NCBI GenBank assembly: GCA_964384425.1
Contig: CAYLKE010000002.1
Span: forward strand, 10,365 to 74,364
Length of the DNA: 64,000 bases
Origin: an uncultured Methanosarcinales archaeon
Lineage (GTDB): Archaea > Nanobdellota > Nanobdellia > Woesearchaeales > JAGLXL01
Reading direction: 5' to 3'
Under the pieces are notes generated by a model. The model was not told the DNA's origin and searched no databases. It saw nothing but the letters and a program-made list of their open reading frames with translations. This document shows, piece after piece, positions 37,646 to 46,187 of the stretch (positions are counted from its first letter, which is position 1; each line of letters starts with the position of its first letter). A program made the translations under genes and the position numbers.

Positions 37646-38577
37646 TTTTGCCTCTTAAATTTTTGATTTTGCTTTTTTCTATTTCTATAATGACCTTTTT
37701 CTTTTTTATCAATTATATCTGAGATAATATTTGTACAATAAGTTTCATCTTTAAAGGAATCGATTTCTCTTAAAAGAGAATATTCAACACCACCACATTT
37801 ATGATTTTCACAAAACTCAACAAATTCATCATTATAAAAATTCAAAAACATATCTAACTCCTCAACACTAGCTTTTCTTATTCTATAAGGATTTTCAATA
37901 ACTCTTTTCATACCCACATCTAAATTCTGTATGCTTTTTTTCTTGAATTTTACTGCATTCCTTAAAGCCATTTTGTAATTATATATTGCTTTTTTAAAAT
38001 TTCCAAGATTAAGGTATGATTCAGCAATTATTCTTGAAGAAAAATATTTGTCTATTCCTTCTACTCTTGCAATACTCATATGATCTATTGCTTTAATAAA
38101 AAAATTATCTATTGTTTTATAAGGTTCATCAGAAAATTCTTTTTTCTGTCTTCCACCATATCTTGCACAACAAAATTCAATATAAGATAAATCAGATGCC
38201 CAAATTTTTATTCTATAATTAAAATTATTCTTTACTTTTTTCTCTTCTTCAGCAATACTCTTTTCATTTCTTACACCATATTGTATAACTTGCTTAAAAG
38301 GATGAGAAAGCAAAAATAATTTGACTAATTTATCTCTATTTGAACGAGGACTTTCCAAAAAATCATAATCAGGACTTTTTAAAATGTCATAAAAACAATC
38401 ACACATTCTTTTTACAGGATATTTCTTATGTTTATTATCCGGTATTTTAGCACCTATTATCCATAAATCATCATAAAGTTTAGAAATAAGATTTTTGTTG
38501 TTTATAAGATATTTTTCAGCAAAATTATCTACTGCTTTTTCAAGCTTTTCCCCATCATGTTCTGCTAATCCTTCCAT
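37642..38577 (-). CDS. Hypothetical protein (possible TPR-like helical repeat)
   Basis: I chose the ATG at 38577 (MEGLAEHDGEK). The listed start at 38769 would overlap the divergently transcribed rfcL coding sequence by 105 nt. Confidence 0.5.
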   Translation of the reverse strand: MEGLAEHDGEKLEKAVDNFAEKYLINNKNLISKLYDDLWIIGAKIPDNKHKKYPVKRMCDCFYDILKSPDYDFLESPRSNRDKLVKLFLLSHPFKQVIQYGVRNEKSIAEEEKKVKNNFNYRIKIWASDLSYIEFCCARYGGRQKKEFSDEPYKTIDNFFIKAIDHMSIARVEGIDKYFSSRIIAESYLNLGNFKKAIYNYKMALRNAVKFKKKSIQNLDVGMKRVIENPYRIRKASVEELDMFLNFYNDEFVEFCENHKCGGVEYSLLREIDSFKDETYCTNIISDIIDKKEKGHYRNRKKQNQKFKRQK

Positions 38578-38664
38578 ATTGCCCCTTTTAAGTAGAAATA
38601 CTCTTACCAATATAAATATTATTGGTAACAAATATTTATATATCAAGACAAGAAACAATATTAT

Positions 38665-39867
38665 ATGCTTTGGACAAAGAAATATATCCCAAAAAATAGT
38701 AAAGAAATTGTAGGTAATGATGCTAATATAAAAAAGATAATCAATTTTATCAGTAATTATAAAAAACAAAAAAAGAAAGCAGTTTTACTTTATGGGCCTT
38801 CTGGTGTTGGAAAAACTTGTTCAGCTTATGCTATTGCAGATGAATATGATACAGAATTATTAGAACTTAATTCATCAGATTTTAGAGATACAAATAAAAT
38901 TAAACAGATAATTGGTGGAGCAGCTAATCAAATGTCTTTATTTTCAAAATCAAAAATAATATTTATAGATGAAATTGATGGATTTAGTGGAGTTAAAGAT
39001 AGAGGAGGGATAACAGCACTTACACAGATAATGAAAAAAAGTTCTTTTCCAATAATACTTACTGCAGATGATCCATGGAATAAGAAGTTTTCATCATTAA
39101 GAAAACAATGTCTTATGATAGAAATGGGAAAATTAAATTATTCTGATATTTTTGGAGTAATAAAGAATATAGCAGATAAAGAAAATATAAAATATGATAT
39201 TAATGCACTTAAAAAACTTGCAAGATATAGTGGAGGAGATTTAAGAGCAGCTATTGTTGATTTGCAATCATCTGTTCAAAATAATAAGTTTGAAAAAAAG
39301 AATCTTGATAAAATCAATTTTAGATATCCCAATGAAAAGATATTTGATGTTCTTGTGAGGTTATTTAAGACAACAGATGCAAAAGTTGCTTATGATTCAT
39401 TAAGTAATCTAGATGATTTGAAAGATGTTGCATTATGGATAGAAGAAAACATTCCAAAAGAATATAAAAAACCAAAAGATATTTACAGAGCATTTGAAGC
39501 ACTTGCATCATCTGATAGATTTTATGGAAGAATAAGAAAACAGCAATATTGGAGATATTTTGTTTATTATTTGATTATGATGAGTTCAGGTGTTGCACTT
39601 GCAAAAGATGAAAAATATCATGGGCTTACACAATATAAAAGAACAGAAAGACCTCTTAAAATATGGATGGCAAATATGAGAAATGCTGCCAAAAGATCAA
39701 TAATTCAAAAATTAGCAGATACATTGTCTATATCAAAAAGAAAAACATATACTATATTAAATGAAATAAAATTCATATATCAACATGATAAAATATTTAA
39801 AGAAAAAATAAATGAATTACTTGAATTAGATAATAAAGAAATTGCTTGGTTAGAAAAAAAAAGTTAG
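38665..39867 (+). CDS. rfcL: Replication factor C large subunit
   Basis: It has WTKKYIPKNSKEIVGN, Walker A GPSGVGKT and Walker B FIDEIDG, and its length and layout match archaeal RfcL. Confidence 0.85.
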   Translation: MLWTKKYIPKNSKEIVGNDANIKKIINFISNYKKQKKKAVLLYGPSGVGKTCSAYAIADEYDTELLELNSSDFRDTNKIKQIIGGAANQMSLFSKSKIIFIDEIDGFSGVKDRGGITALTQIMKKSSFPIILTADDPWNKKFSSLRKQCLMIEMGKLNYSDIFGVIKNIADKENIKYDINALKKLARYSGGDLRAAIVDLQSSVQNNKFEKKNLDKINFRYPNEKIFDVLVRLFKTTDAKVAYDSLSNLDDLKDVALWIEENIPKEYKKPKDIYRAFEALASSDRFYGRIRKQQYWRYFVYYLIMMSSGVALAKDEKYHGLTQYKRTERPLKIWMANMRNAAKRSIIQKLADTLSISKRKTYTILNEIKFIYQHDKIFKEKINELLELDNKEIAWLEKKS

Positions 39868-39873
39868 ATAATT

Positions 39874-40089
39874 TTATAATTTTTCAGTTATATATTTTCC
39901 AGATTCTTCATTTAAATAACATCTTACAAGATTATTATCTTTATAAAAAGATTCTTTTATTTGATTAACAATATTTTGAATATTTTTTGAAAAATTATTC
40001 TTTTTATGATTAATATTATAAACATTAGACTTATATATTACCATACCTTCAATATTGGAATCATATTTATTTTTTACCATACCCTTCAC
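39874..40089 (-). CDS. Hypothetical small protein
   Basis: This is a 71-aa ORF with no motif. Confidence 0.25.
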   Translation of the reverse strand: MKGMVKNKYDSNIEGMVIYKSNVYNINHKKNNFSKNIQNIVNQIKESFYKDNNLVRCYLNEESGKYITEKL

Positions 40090-40245
40090 AACTTACAAGT
40101 AGTATATAAATTTTATGTTTATTTTCACTAAATAACATATAACTTTATATAGTATATATTAATATTATATTATAATATATATGATTAATGTGTTTAATAG
40201 TTTAAAACTATTTAGTTAAATTAATCATAATAAATAATAGGGGAC

Positions 40246-40250
40246 GGTGA
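40246..40250 (+). promoter_or_regulatory. Shine-Dalgarno site (GGTGA) for the ORF at 40256
   Basis: GGTGA lies 5 nt upstream of the ATG and is complementary to the 16S 3' end. Confidence 0.45.
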
Positions 40251-40255
40251 TATAA

Positions 40256-40492
40256 ATGCCATTTAATCCAGAATTAGACAAAAGATTATTTTCAGAATCT
40301 AAGGAATTTGAAAATACAAAAATAACAGTTTCTGTTCAACAATATAATGAAGGAGAAAAGAAACTGCAAATTTCAAGGCAAAACAAAAGACCTGCAAGTG
40401 ATGATTGGACATTCGCAAAATTAGGAAGAATGACAAAAGAAGAAGCAGAAGCAGTCTTGCCAGCAATTAAAAAAGCAATAGAAAATATGTAA
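40256..40492 (+). CDS. Small PC4/YdbC-like putative ssDNA-binding protein
   Basis: The pattern VSVQQYNEGEKKLQISRQ...DDWTFAKLGRMTKEEAEAVL resembles, from memory, the bacterial YdbC (PC4-like) family. The gene has a strong RBS. Confidence 0.4.
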   Translation: MPFNPELDKRLFSESKEFENTKITVSVQQYNEGEKKLQISRQNKRPASDDWTFAKLGRMTKEEAEAVLPAIKKAIENM

Positions 40493-40522
40493 TTGCTTTA
40501 GAAAAATTATTTTAATTTTTTA

Positions 40523-41272
40523 TTATTTTTTTCCATTTATCTTTAATGCTTGTTGACAACTTTTAGAACTACAATAATAATCTTTTTCTATTCTTCCGTC
40601 TTTAATTTTGACAATTCTTCTACCTTTCTGTACAAATCTTTCATCATGAGTAATCATAATTATTGTTTTTCCTTCAGAATGTAGTTTTTCTAGTAATTCA
40701 ATTATAACTTTCCCACTTTTTGTATCTAAATTACCTGTTGGTTCGTCTGCAAGTATTATTTCTGGATCATTTGCAAGTGAACGTGCTATTGCAACTCTCT
40801 GTTGCTCACCTCCACTCATTTCAGTTGGTTTGTGATCTATTCTATGCCCTAATCCAACAAATGTTAAAAGTTGTTTTGCTCTCTTTTTTCTTGTATCTTC
40901 ATCTATATTCTTAAATATCATAGGCAAGGTAACATTATCTCTTGCTGAAAGAATACTTATAAGATTAAATTGTTGAAAAATAAATCCTACCTTATTTCTT
41001 CTTATAGCTGCAAGTTCATTTTCAGAATATGTTGAAACATCTACATCGTCAATTAATAAACTCCCATTTGTAGGGACATCTAAAACCCCAACTATGTTCA
41101 TCATTGTTGATTTACCACTTCCAGAAGGCCCAATAATAACCACAAAATCATCTTTTTTAACTTCAAGATTTATATCAAAAAGAACTTTAACTTCCACTTC
41201 ATCTGATGGAAAATAACTTTTGTAAACTTTCTTTAGTTCAATAACAGACTTCTCTTTTTTTTGTTTTTTCAT
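40523..41272 (-). CDS. ABC transporter ATP-binding protein (MacB/LolD/FtsE-like)
   Basis: It has Walker A GPSGSGKST, the signature LSGGEQQR and Walker B ILADEPTGNLD. Confidence 0.9.
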   Translation of the reverse strand: MKKQKKEKSVIELKKVYKSYFPSDEVEVKVLFDINLEVKKDDFVVIIGPSGSGKSTMMNIVGVLDVPTNGSLLIDDVDVSTYSENELAAIRRNKVGFIFQQFNLISILSARDNVTLPMIFKNIDEDTRKKRAKQLLTFVGLGHRIDHKPTEMSGGEQQRVAIARSLANDPEIILADEPTGNLDTKSGKVIIELLEKLHSEGKTIIMITHDERFVQKGRRIVKIKDGRIEKDYYCSSKSCQQALKINGKK

Positions 41273-41311
41273 AATCTAGAAAAGAGATAGAGAGTATTTA
41301 AAGATTATGGA

Positions 41312-42325
41312 TTAATCATTCTTAAGATTTCTTTTATAATGAATATTTGTATTACACTCCACATCCAATCTTATTTTGGGAGGCAATTTATGCATAATAA
41401 AATAATAATGTTGGGATACTTCTTCATCTATACAATCTAGGACAGGATAAAACTTACCATTTTTTTCAGGGAAAAAATCATAATTAACTTTTATGTATTT
41501 GTCCTCATCTTCAACTTTCATAGAAAATATCTTATCTACATTGCCAGCAATATTAAGATTTTTTAATTTCTTAATGAGTTCTTTCTCATTTAAAAAGCCA
41601 TTTATTTTTGGAAGATAAATATCTAAATAAGCATTTTCATCTTTATTTATGCCCCCATTAATCAAAAAATAAACTTTGAAATCTCCATTAAATGATTTAA
41701 AATCATTGTCAGAAATTAAATCATTATAACTTTTTATCAGAGATTTTTGTTTTTCTAGTTTTTCAAAAAACAAATTTGAAGCATCAGATATATGTTTTTG
41801 ATTTTCATAAGCAGAAATTATTTTTTTAGAATCTTTATTTATATTGTCTAATTGATTTTTGTAAATATTTTTTATATTGTTATCTGTTGTAGAATTATTA
41901 AGTTCCTTGATAAGTGATTCATGGATTTTATTTTTTTCAATAGCTTGTTGATATTCATCTTCTGATATTCCAACATTTTGTTTTAGAGAGTATATATTTT
42001 TTCCATCCACTAAGTTAATATCAAAAACATCACCAAGATTTTGTACTCTTGAAAGCATAAGATCATATTTAGATTTTAATTCTTCTCTTAAAGATAGAGC
42101 AAATATTGAATTATTAGGTGATTCCTTAAATATTTTTAAAACACATTGTTTGTTTATTTCATTTTCAAGATCATGCTTACTTATTGCAATATTTTTATTA
42201 TTTTTTAAGTATTCTTTACATACATTATTTTTTAATTTTGAAATAGTAAGAAACTCACTAAATAAATTATCTTTTACTTCAACATAATCTGAAACAGAAT
42301 AAAAATCAAATTTCTCCTTAAACAT
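41312..42325 (-). CDS. Hypothetical protein
   Basis: This 337-aa ORF is Asn/Lys-rich, has no transmembrane segments and no recognisable motif. Confidence 0.45.
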   Translation of the reverse strand: MFKEKFDFYSVSDYVEVKDNLFSEFLTISKLKNNVCKEYLKNNKNIAISKHDLENEINKQCVLKIFKESPNNSIFALSLREELKSKYDLMLSRVQNLGDVFDINLVDGKNIYSLKQNVGISEDEYQQAIEKNKIHESLIKELNNSTTDNNIKNIYKNQLDNINKDSKKIISAYENQKHISDASNLFFEKLEKQKSLIKSYNDLISDNDFKSFNGDFKVYFLINGGINKDENAYLDIYLPKINGFLNEKELIKKLKNLNIAGNVDKIFSMKVEDEDKYIKVNYDFFPEKNGKFYPVLDCIDEEVSQHYYFIMHKLPPKIRLDVECNTNIHYKRNLKND

Positions 42326-42399
42326 TGAAAAAAGAGCATTTATATCTCCAGTATATTTTTTAAAATCTTCAACATATTGACAATTTTCTTTTTGATTAT

Positions 42400-42981
42400 C
42401 TAATTTTTTTCTAGTGTTTTTATTTTTTCATTTAATTCAAGTATCTTACTATTATATGATTCTTGATATAAGTTAAATTGTTCGATACTTATTGTTTTAT
42501 TTTCATCTTCTTTGTCAAAGTTCTCTTCACAACTATTTTCTTTGTTCATGATTTCTTCAAGATCAACATTGTTCTCTTTAATCTCCATCTTAACATCTTT
42601 TAATGGGTTATTTGAATGAAATTGTGATCCTCCTGCTGATTTTAAAGAAGATTCCAGATGTTTTAATGTGTGTTGTATTGCATTTTGATTTCCAATTAAA
42701 ACAAGATGGTCTTGTCCGTTTTCATAAGATATATCTACAAAAGGAATATTTTCAGAAGTATTTCCATCTTTTAATTTTTGATAGTTTTTATTAAGATGTT
42801 TTTTTAAAACAGCAAGTAATCCAGATACATTTGAACCCCTATTATTTAACGAAAGAATTACTTCCATACCAACATTACTATCAAAATCATCATATTCTAT
42901 CTTTCCATTATAATGGCAGATTTCAGTATTTAATCTTTTTCCATCAATAAAACTACTAAAATGCCTCGTTTGGTTATCCAT
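42400..42981 (-). CDS. Hypothetical protein
   Basis: This 193-aa ORF has an acidic, coiled-coil-like C-terminus and no recognisable motif. Confidence 0.45.
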   Translation of the reverse strand: MDNQTRHFSSFIDGKRLNTEICHYNGKIEYDDFDSNVGMEVILSLNNRGSNVSGLLAVLKKHLNKNYQKLKDGNTSENIPFVDISYENGQDHLVLIGNQNAIQHTLKHLESSLKSAGGSQFHSNNPLKDVKMEIKENNVDLEEIMNKENSCEENFDKEDENKTISIEQFNLYQESYNSKILELNEKIKTLEKN

Positions 42982-43073
42982 ATTTATTAACCACTAAACA
43001 GTGATTTATAAATATTTCGTAAAGAACCAGCATACATAAAACATCATAAAATATAATAAAACAAAAAAATAAA

Positions 43074-43177
43074 TGGGCCCACCCGGACATTCGGTAACAA
43101 CCTCGTCCGTTGCTCACATTCGAACCGGGGATCAACGCCGTGTAAAGGCGTTGTCATAACCACTAGACCATGGGCCC
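43074..43177 (-). tRNA. tRNA-Val(UAC): tRNA-Val (anticodon UAC) containing a 31-nt intron in the T-loop
   Basis: The reverse complement folds as a perfect cloverleaf. The acceptor stem is GGGCCCA/UGGGCCC, the anticodon stem is ACGCC/GGCGU with loop UUUACAC, and the T-stem is CCCGG/CCGGG with loop UUCGAAU. The discriminator is A and CCA is not encoded. Removing 31 nt leaves 73 nt. Confidence 0.9.
43087..43117 (-). other. Non-canonical tRNA intron (position 59/60 or 60/61) with bulge-helix-bulge motif
   Basis: The T-stem is followed by a 4-bp helix (U54-G57 with C85-A88), flanked by 3-nt bulges A58A59U60 and U89G90U91. An inner helix pairs G61-A64 with U81-C84. The exact boundary is ambiguous by 1 nt. 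Confidence 0.75.
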
Positions 43178-43243
43178 TTTATGTTAATTTAATACTAAAA
43201 ACACAATACCTTTTTAAATTTTTATAATGCTTATATAAATATT

Positions 43244-44530
43244 ATGGCAAAAATATACTTTGAAACATATGGATGTACATTAAATCATGCAGATACAGAA
43301 CATATGGCTCAATTATTAAAAGAAGCAGATTTTGAAATAACAGAAAACATAAAATCTTCAGATATTATCATAATAAATTCATGTGCAGTTAAGTCACCCA
43401 CTGAAAATAAAATATTAAATAGAATTGAAGAACTTAAATATAGATATGAAGATAAAAGAATAATTGTTACTGGATGTATTGCACAAGCATATCCTGAAAA
43501 AATAGATGACCTTACATTATTAGGAACACATAATATTGATGATATTGTTGATATTGTGGAAGAACTTCTTGAAGAAAATATAATAAGACATTTAACACAA
43601 ATAAATAATCCTCAACTTTTGACAAAAACATATAAAAAAAATAAAGCAATAGGCATAATACCTATTTGCAGAGGATGTTTAGGTAATTGTAAATATTGTA
43701 TTGTAAAAAAAACAAGAGGTAAACTCCATTCTTACTCAATAGAAAATATAATAAAAAAAGCAAAAGATCAGATAAGATCTGGAGTGAGAGAAATATGGCT
43801 GACAGCACAAGATACAGGATGTTATGGAAAAGATATTGGAACAAATATAATTGAATTATTAAAAAATATTTTATCATTAGAAGGTAAATTTATGATAAGA
43901 TTAGGAATGATGAATCCTAATTTTGCACTAGAATTTAAGGAAAAACTACTTGATATTTTTAAACACAAAAAAATGTTCAAATTTATTCATCTTCCAGTGC
44001 AAAGTGGAAGTGATAGTGTTCTTAAGAATATGAATAGAAAATATACTGCAAATGAGTTTATTCAACTTGTAACATTTTTAAGACTAAATATTCCTGATAT
44101 CACTATAGCAACAGATATAATTGTAGGACTTCCAGAAGAAAAGGATGAAGATTTTGAAAAGACAAGAGAACTTTTAAGACAAACACGACCAGAAGTTGTA
44201 AATCGTTCTCGTTATTGGAAAAGAGATAAGACAGAAGCTGCTAAGATGAAACAAATTCCAGGAAATATTACAAAAGATAGATCACGTTTAATAGAGGATC
44301 TTCATAGAAAAATAGCTTTAATGATGAATGAAAAATGGATGAAATGGGAAGGAAAAGTTATTGTTGATGAAATAGGAAAAGAAAAATCAATGTTAGGAAG
44401 AAACTTTGCATACAAACAAGTTGCAATACCTGATTCACAAGACAAGTTAAAGATAGGAGATATTGTTAATGTGAGAGTGAGAAAAGTTACCCCTCATTAT
44501 TTATTAGGAGAGATTATAGAGAATAAATAA
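43244..44530 (+). CDS. Archaeal-type MiaB-like radical SAM methylthiotransferase (e-MtaB/CDKAL1-like)
   Basis: It has the N-terminal UPF0004 Cys pattern (ETYGCTLN, NSCAV, TGC), a radical SAM CLGNCKYC cluster and a C-terminal TRAM-like domain. Confidence 0.8.
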   Translation: MAKIYFETYGCTLNHADTEHMAQLLKEADFEITENIKSSDIIIINSCAVKSPTENKILNRIEELKYRYEDKRIIVTGCIAQAYPEKIDDLTLLGTHNIDDIVDIVEELLEENIIRHLTQINNPQLLTKTYKKNKAIGIIPICRGCLGNCKYCIVKKTRGKLHSYSIENIIKKAKDQIRSGVREIWLTAQDTGCYGKDIGTNIIELLKNILSLEGKFMIRLGMMNPNFALEFKEKLLDIFKHKKMFKFIHLPVQSGSDSVLKNMNRKYTANEFIQLVTFLRLNIPDITIATDIIVGLPEEKDEDFEKTRELLRQTRPEVVNRSRYWKRDKTEAAKMKQIPGNITKDRSRLIEDLHRKIALMMNEKWMKWEGKVIVDEIGKEKSMLGRNFAYKQVAIPDSQDKLKIGDIVNVRVRKVTPHYLLGEIIENK

Positions 44531-44692
44531 TAAATTCTTAAGAAACATTTATAAATAAAATAATATTATAATATTAAGTAAAAATCCCAAGACAATATAT
44601 TACAAGGTATTTTTACTCCTGAAAATGGCATTTAATATTTAATGTAGAGTATCAATAGAGTACTCATTTTCAATGAATAAAAAGGTGATAGG

Positions 44693-45259
44693 ATGGAAGG
44701 CGAAGAATATGAAATTATCCCACATGAGGTTCTTAGTGATTTAAAGGACGAAGTTCATGTACTCAAAGAAAGACTTTCTAGACCTCTTAACGAGGAAGAA
44801 AAAGAACTTATTTTAAAAATTCACTCACTTGGAGAGGAAATTGATGAATTAAAAGCAATGATTAATTCTGCTGTAAAAAGTGTTGAAGGAGATGATGATT
44901 CAAGTGTAAATGATATAGTAAATAGATTAGGAGATAGAATAAGTACATTAGAATCACAAAATGAACAAATTGCAAATGCCTTAATAACACTTTCTCAGAC
45001 AAATCAAAAAATAATGGCTAAGATAGATTCACTTACAATTATGTTTAAACAGAATAATTCTCAAAATCAACAGCCTCAACAAAGAAATATAAATCCTCCT
45101 CAACCTCAACAATTTCAAATGAAAAAACCTGAACCACAAAATATTCCTGAACCAAAAGAAAGAGAGACTCCTCCTTCATTGGATGAAGAAATTCCTCCTC
45201 CTCCAAAAATTGAGGATGTAAAAGAAAAGAAAAAATCAATATTTGACATATTTAAATAA
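44693..45259 (+). CDS. Coiled-coil protein with Gln/Pro-rich linker and short amphipathic C-terminus
   Basis: It shows heptad-like segments, a QQPQQRNINPPQPQQ low-complexity linker and the terminal KKKSIFDIFK. A GGTGAT RBS lies 3 nt upstream (44684-44689). Confidence 0.5.
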   Translation: MEGEEYEIIPHEVLSDLKDEVHVLKERLSRPLNEEEKELILKIHSLGEEIDELKAMINSAVKSVEGDDDSSVNDIVNRLGDRISTLESQNEQIANALITLSQTNQKIMAKIDSLTIMFKQNNSQNQQPQQRNINPPQPQQFQMKKPEPQNIPEPKERETPPSLDEEIPPPPKIEDVKEKKKSIFDIFK

Positions 45260-45260
45260 A

Positions 45261-46187
45261 ATGGCTATCTCAAAACTTAGATCAAAAAGTTTCTTAAAGG
45301 GACTAAAAGGCAAAAATCCAGAAGATGATCAGAAAATTGTAAAAGAACATATAAGCAATATAAAAAGAGTTGCGAAATCAGGAGATAATGAAGAATTAGA
45401 TATGCATATAAAAGAACTTGAACATTATGTAAAAAGATTGTTAAATGTTCAAAAAAATATGATGTCAAAAGAATCTAATGATTTCATTAAATTAAAAGAA
45501 CAAATGAAAGATTTAAGAGCAAGATTAAAATTAACTTCTTTAACAACACCAAAACAACTTGATAAGATAGAGTTTTTATTGGGTGAAATGAGTTCTCAAT
45601 TATCTACATATAACAAAGTACAAAATAGAAGAGAGCAAAAGATGCTTGAACTTGAAAGAAAAGTCAATGAATCAATTGCAAAAAATTATAGTGAAATTCT
45701 TATTGTTGAAAAACAAATAAAAGGACTTGAAAATAAATATGATAAATTAAAAGAATCATCAGATATAGATTCAAAAACATTAAAAAGATTAGAAAACAAA
45801 ATAAATGATTTAAAAGCACGTTTAATAGATAAGAAAGCAGAAATTGTCGAGAGAAAACAACAAGAAATGATGCAACAACATTTAAATCATGATAAACAAA
45901 CACATCTTGATGAGATATCTACACCATATTCAAGTTCATTTCAAAAACCAAAAGAAGAAAAACTTTTAGAAGCAGAACACCATGCTTTATTAGAAGATAT
46001 GCATGAAGAAAATCCTTTTAAGCAACCCCCACATAGTTTAGATGATATTCCTGAACCTCACCCATTAGATAATGAAACAAAAGAAGACATAGACATGGAT
46101 GATTTTGATACTGATTTCTTAGAAGAAGAAAAAGAAGGTTTCTTCAAAAGAATAATAAACAAAATAAAAAGTTGGTTTAGTCGTTAG
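45261..46187 (+). CDS. Coiled-coil protein with acidic tail and amphipathic C-terminal helix
   Basis: The ATG at 45261 sits 1 nt after the upstream stop, whereas the listed TTG at 45243 would overlap it. The protein has a long heptad region, an acidic DMDDFDTDFLEEE segment and then GFFKRIINKIKSWFSR. Confidence 0.5.
   Translation: MAISKLRSKSFLKGLKGKNPEDDQKIVKEHISNIKRVAKSGDNEELDMHIKELEHYVKRLLNVQKNMMSKESNDFIKLKEQMKDLRARLKLTSLTTPKQLDKIEFLLGEMSSQLSTYNKVQNRREQKMLELERKVNESIAKNYSEILIVEKQIKGLENKYDKLKESSDIDSKTLKRLENKINDLKARLIDKKAEIVERKQQEMMQQHLNHDKQTHLDEISTPYSSSFQKPKEEKLLEAEHHALLEDMHEENPFKQPPHSLDDIPEPHPLDNETKEDIDMDDFDTDFLEEEKEGFFKRIINKIKSWFSR

Noticed and set aside
38578-38769. 64-aa N-terminal extension of the orphan gene (listed start 38769)
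   Set aside because: The extension would overlap the rfcL coding region on the opposite strand by 105 nt and is uniformly hydrophobic and low-complexity. The ATG at 38577 leaves a sensible divergent promoter region.
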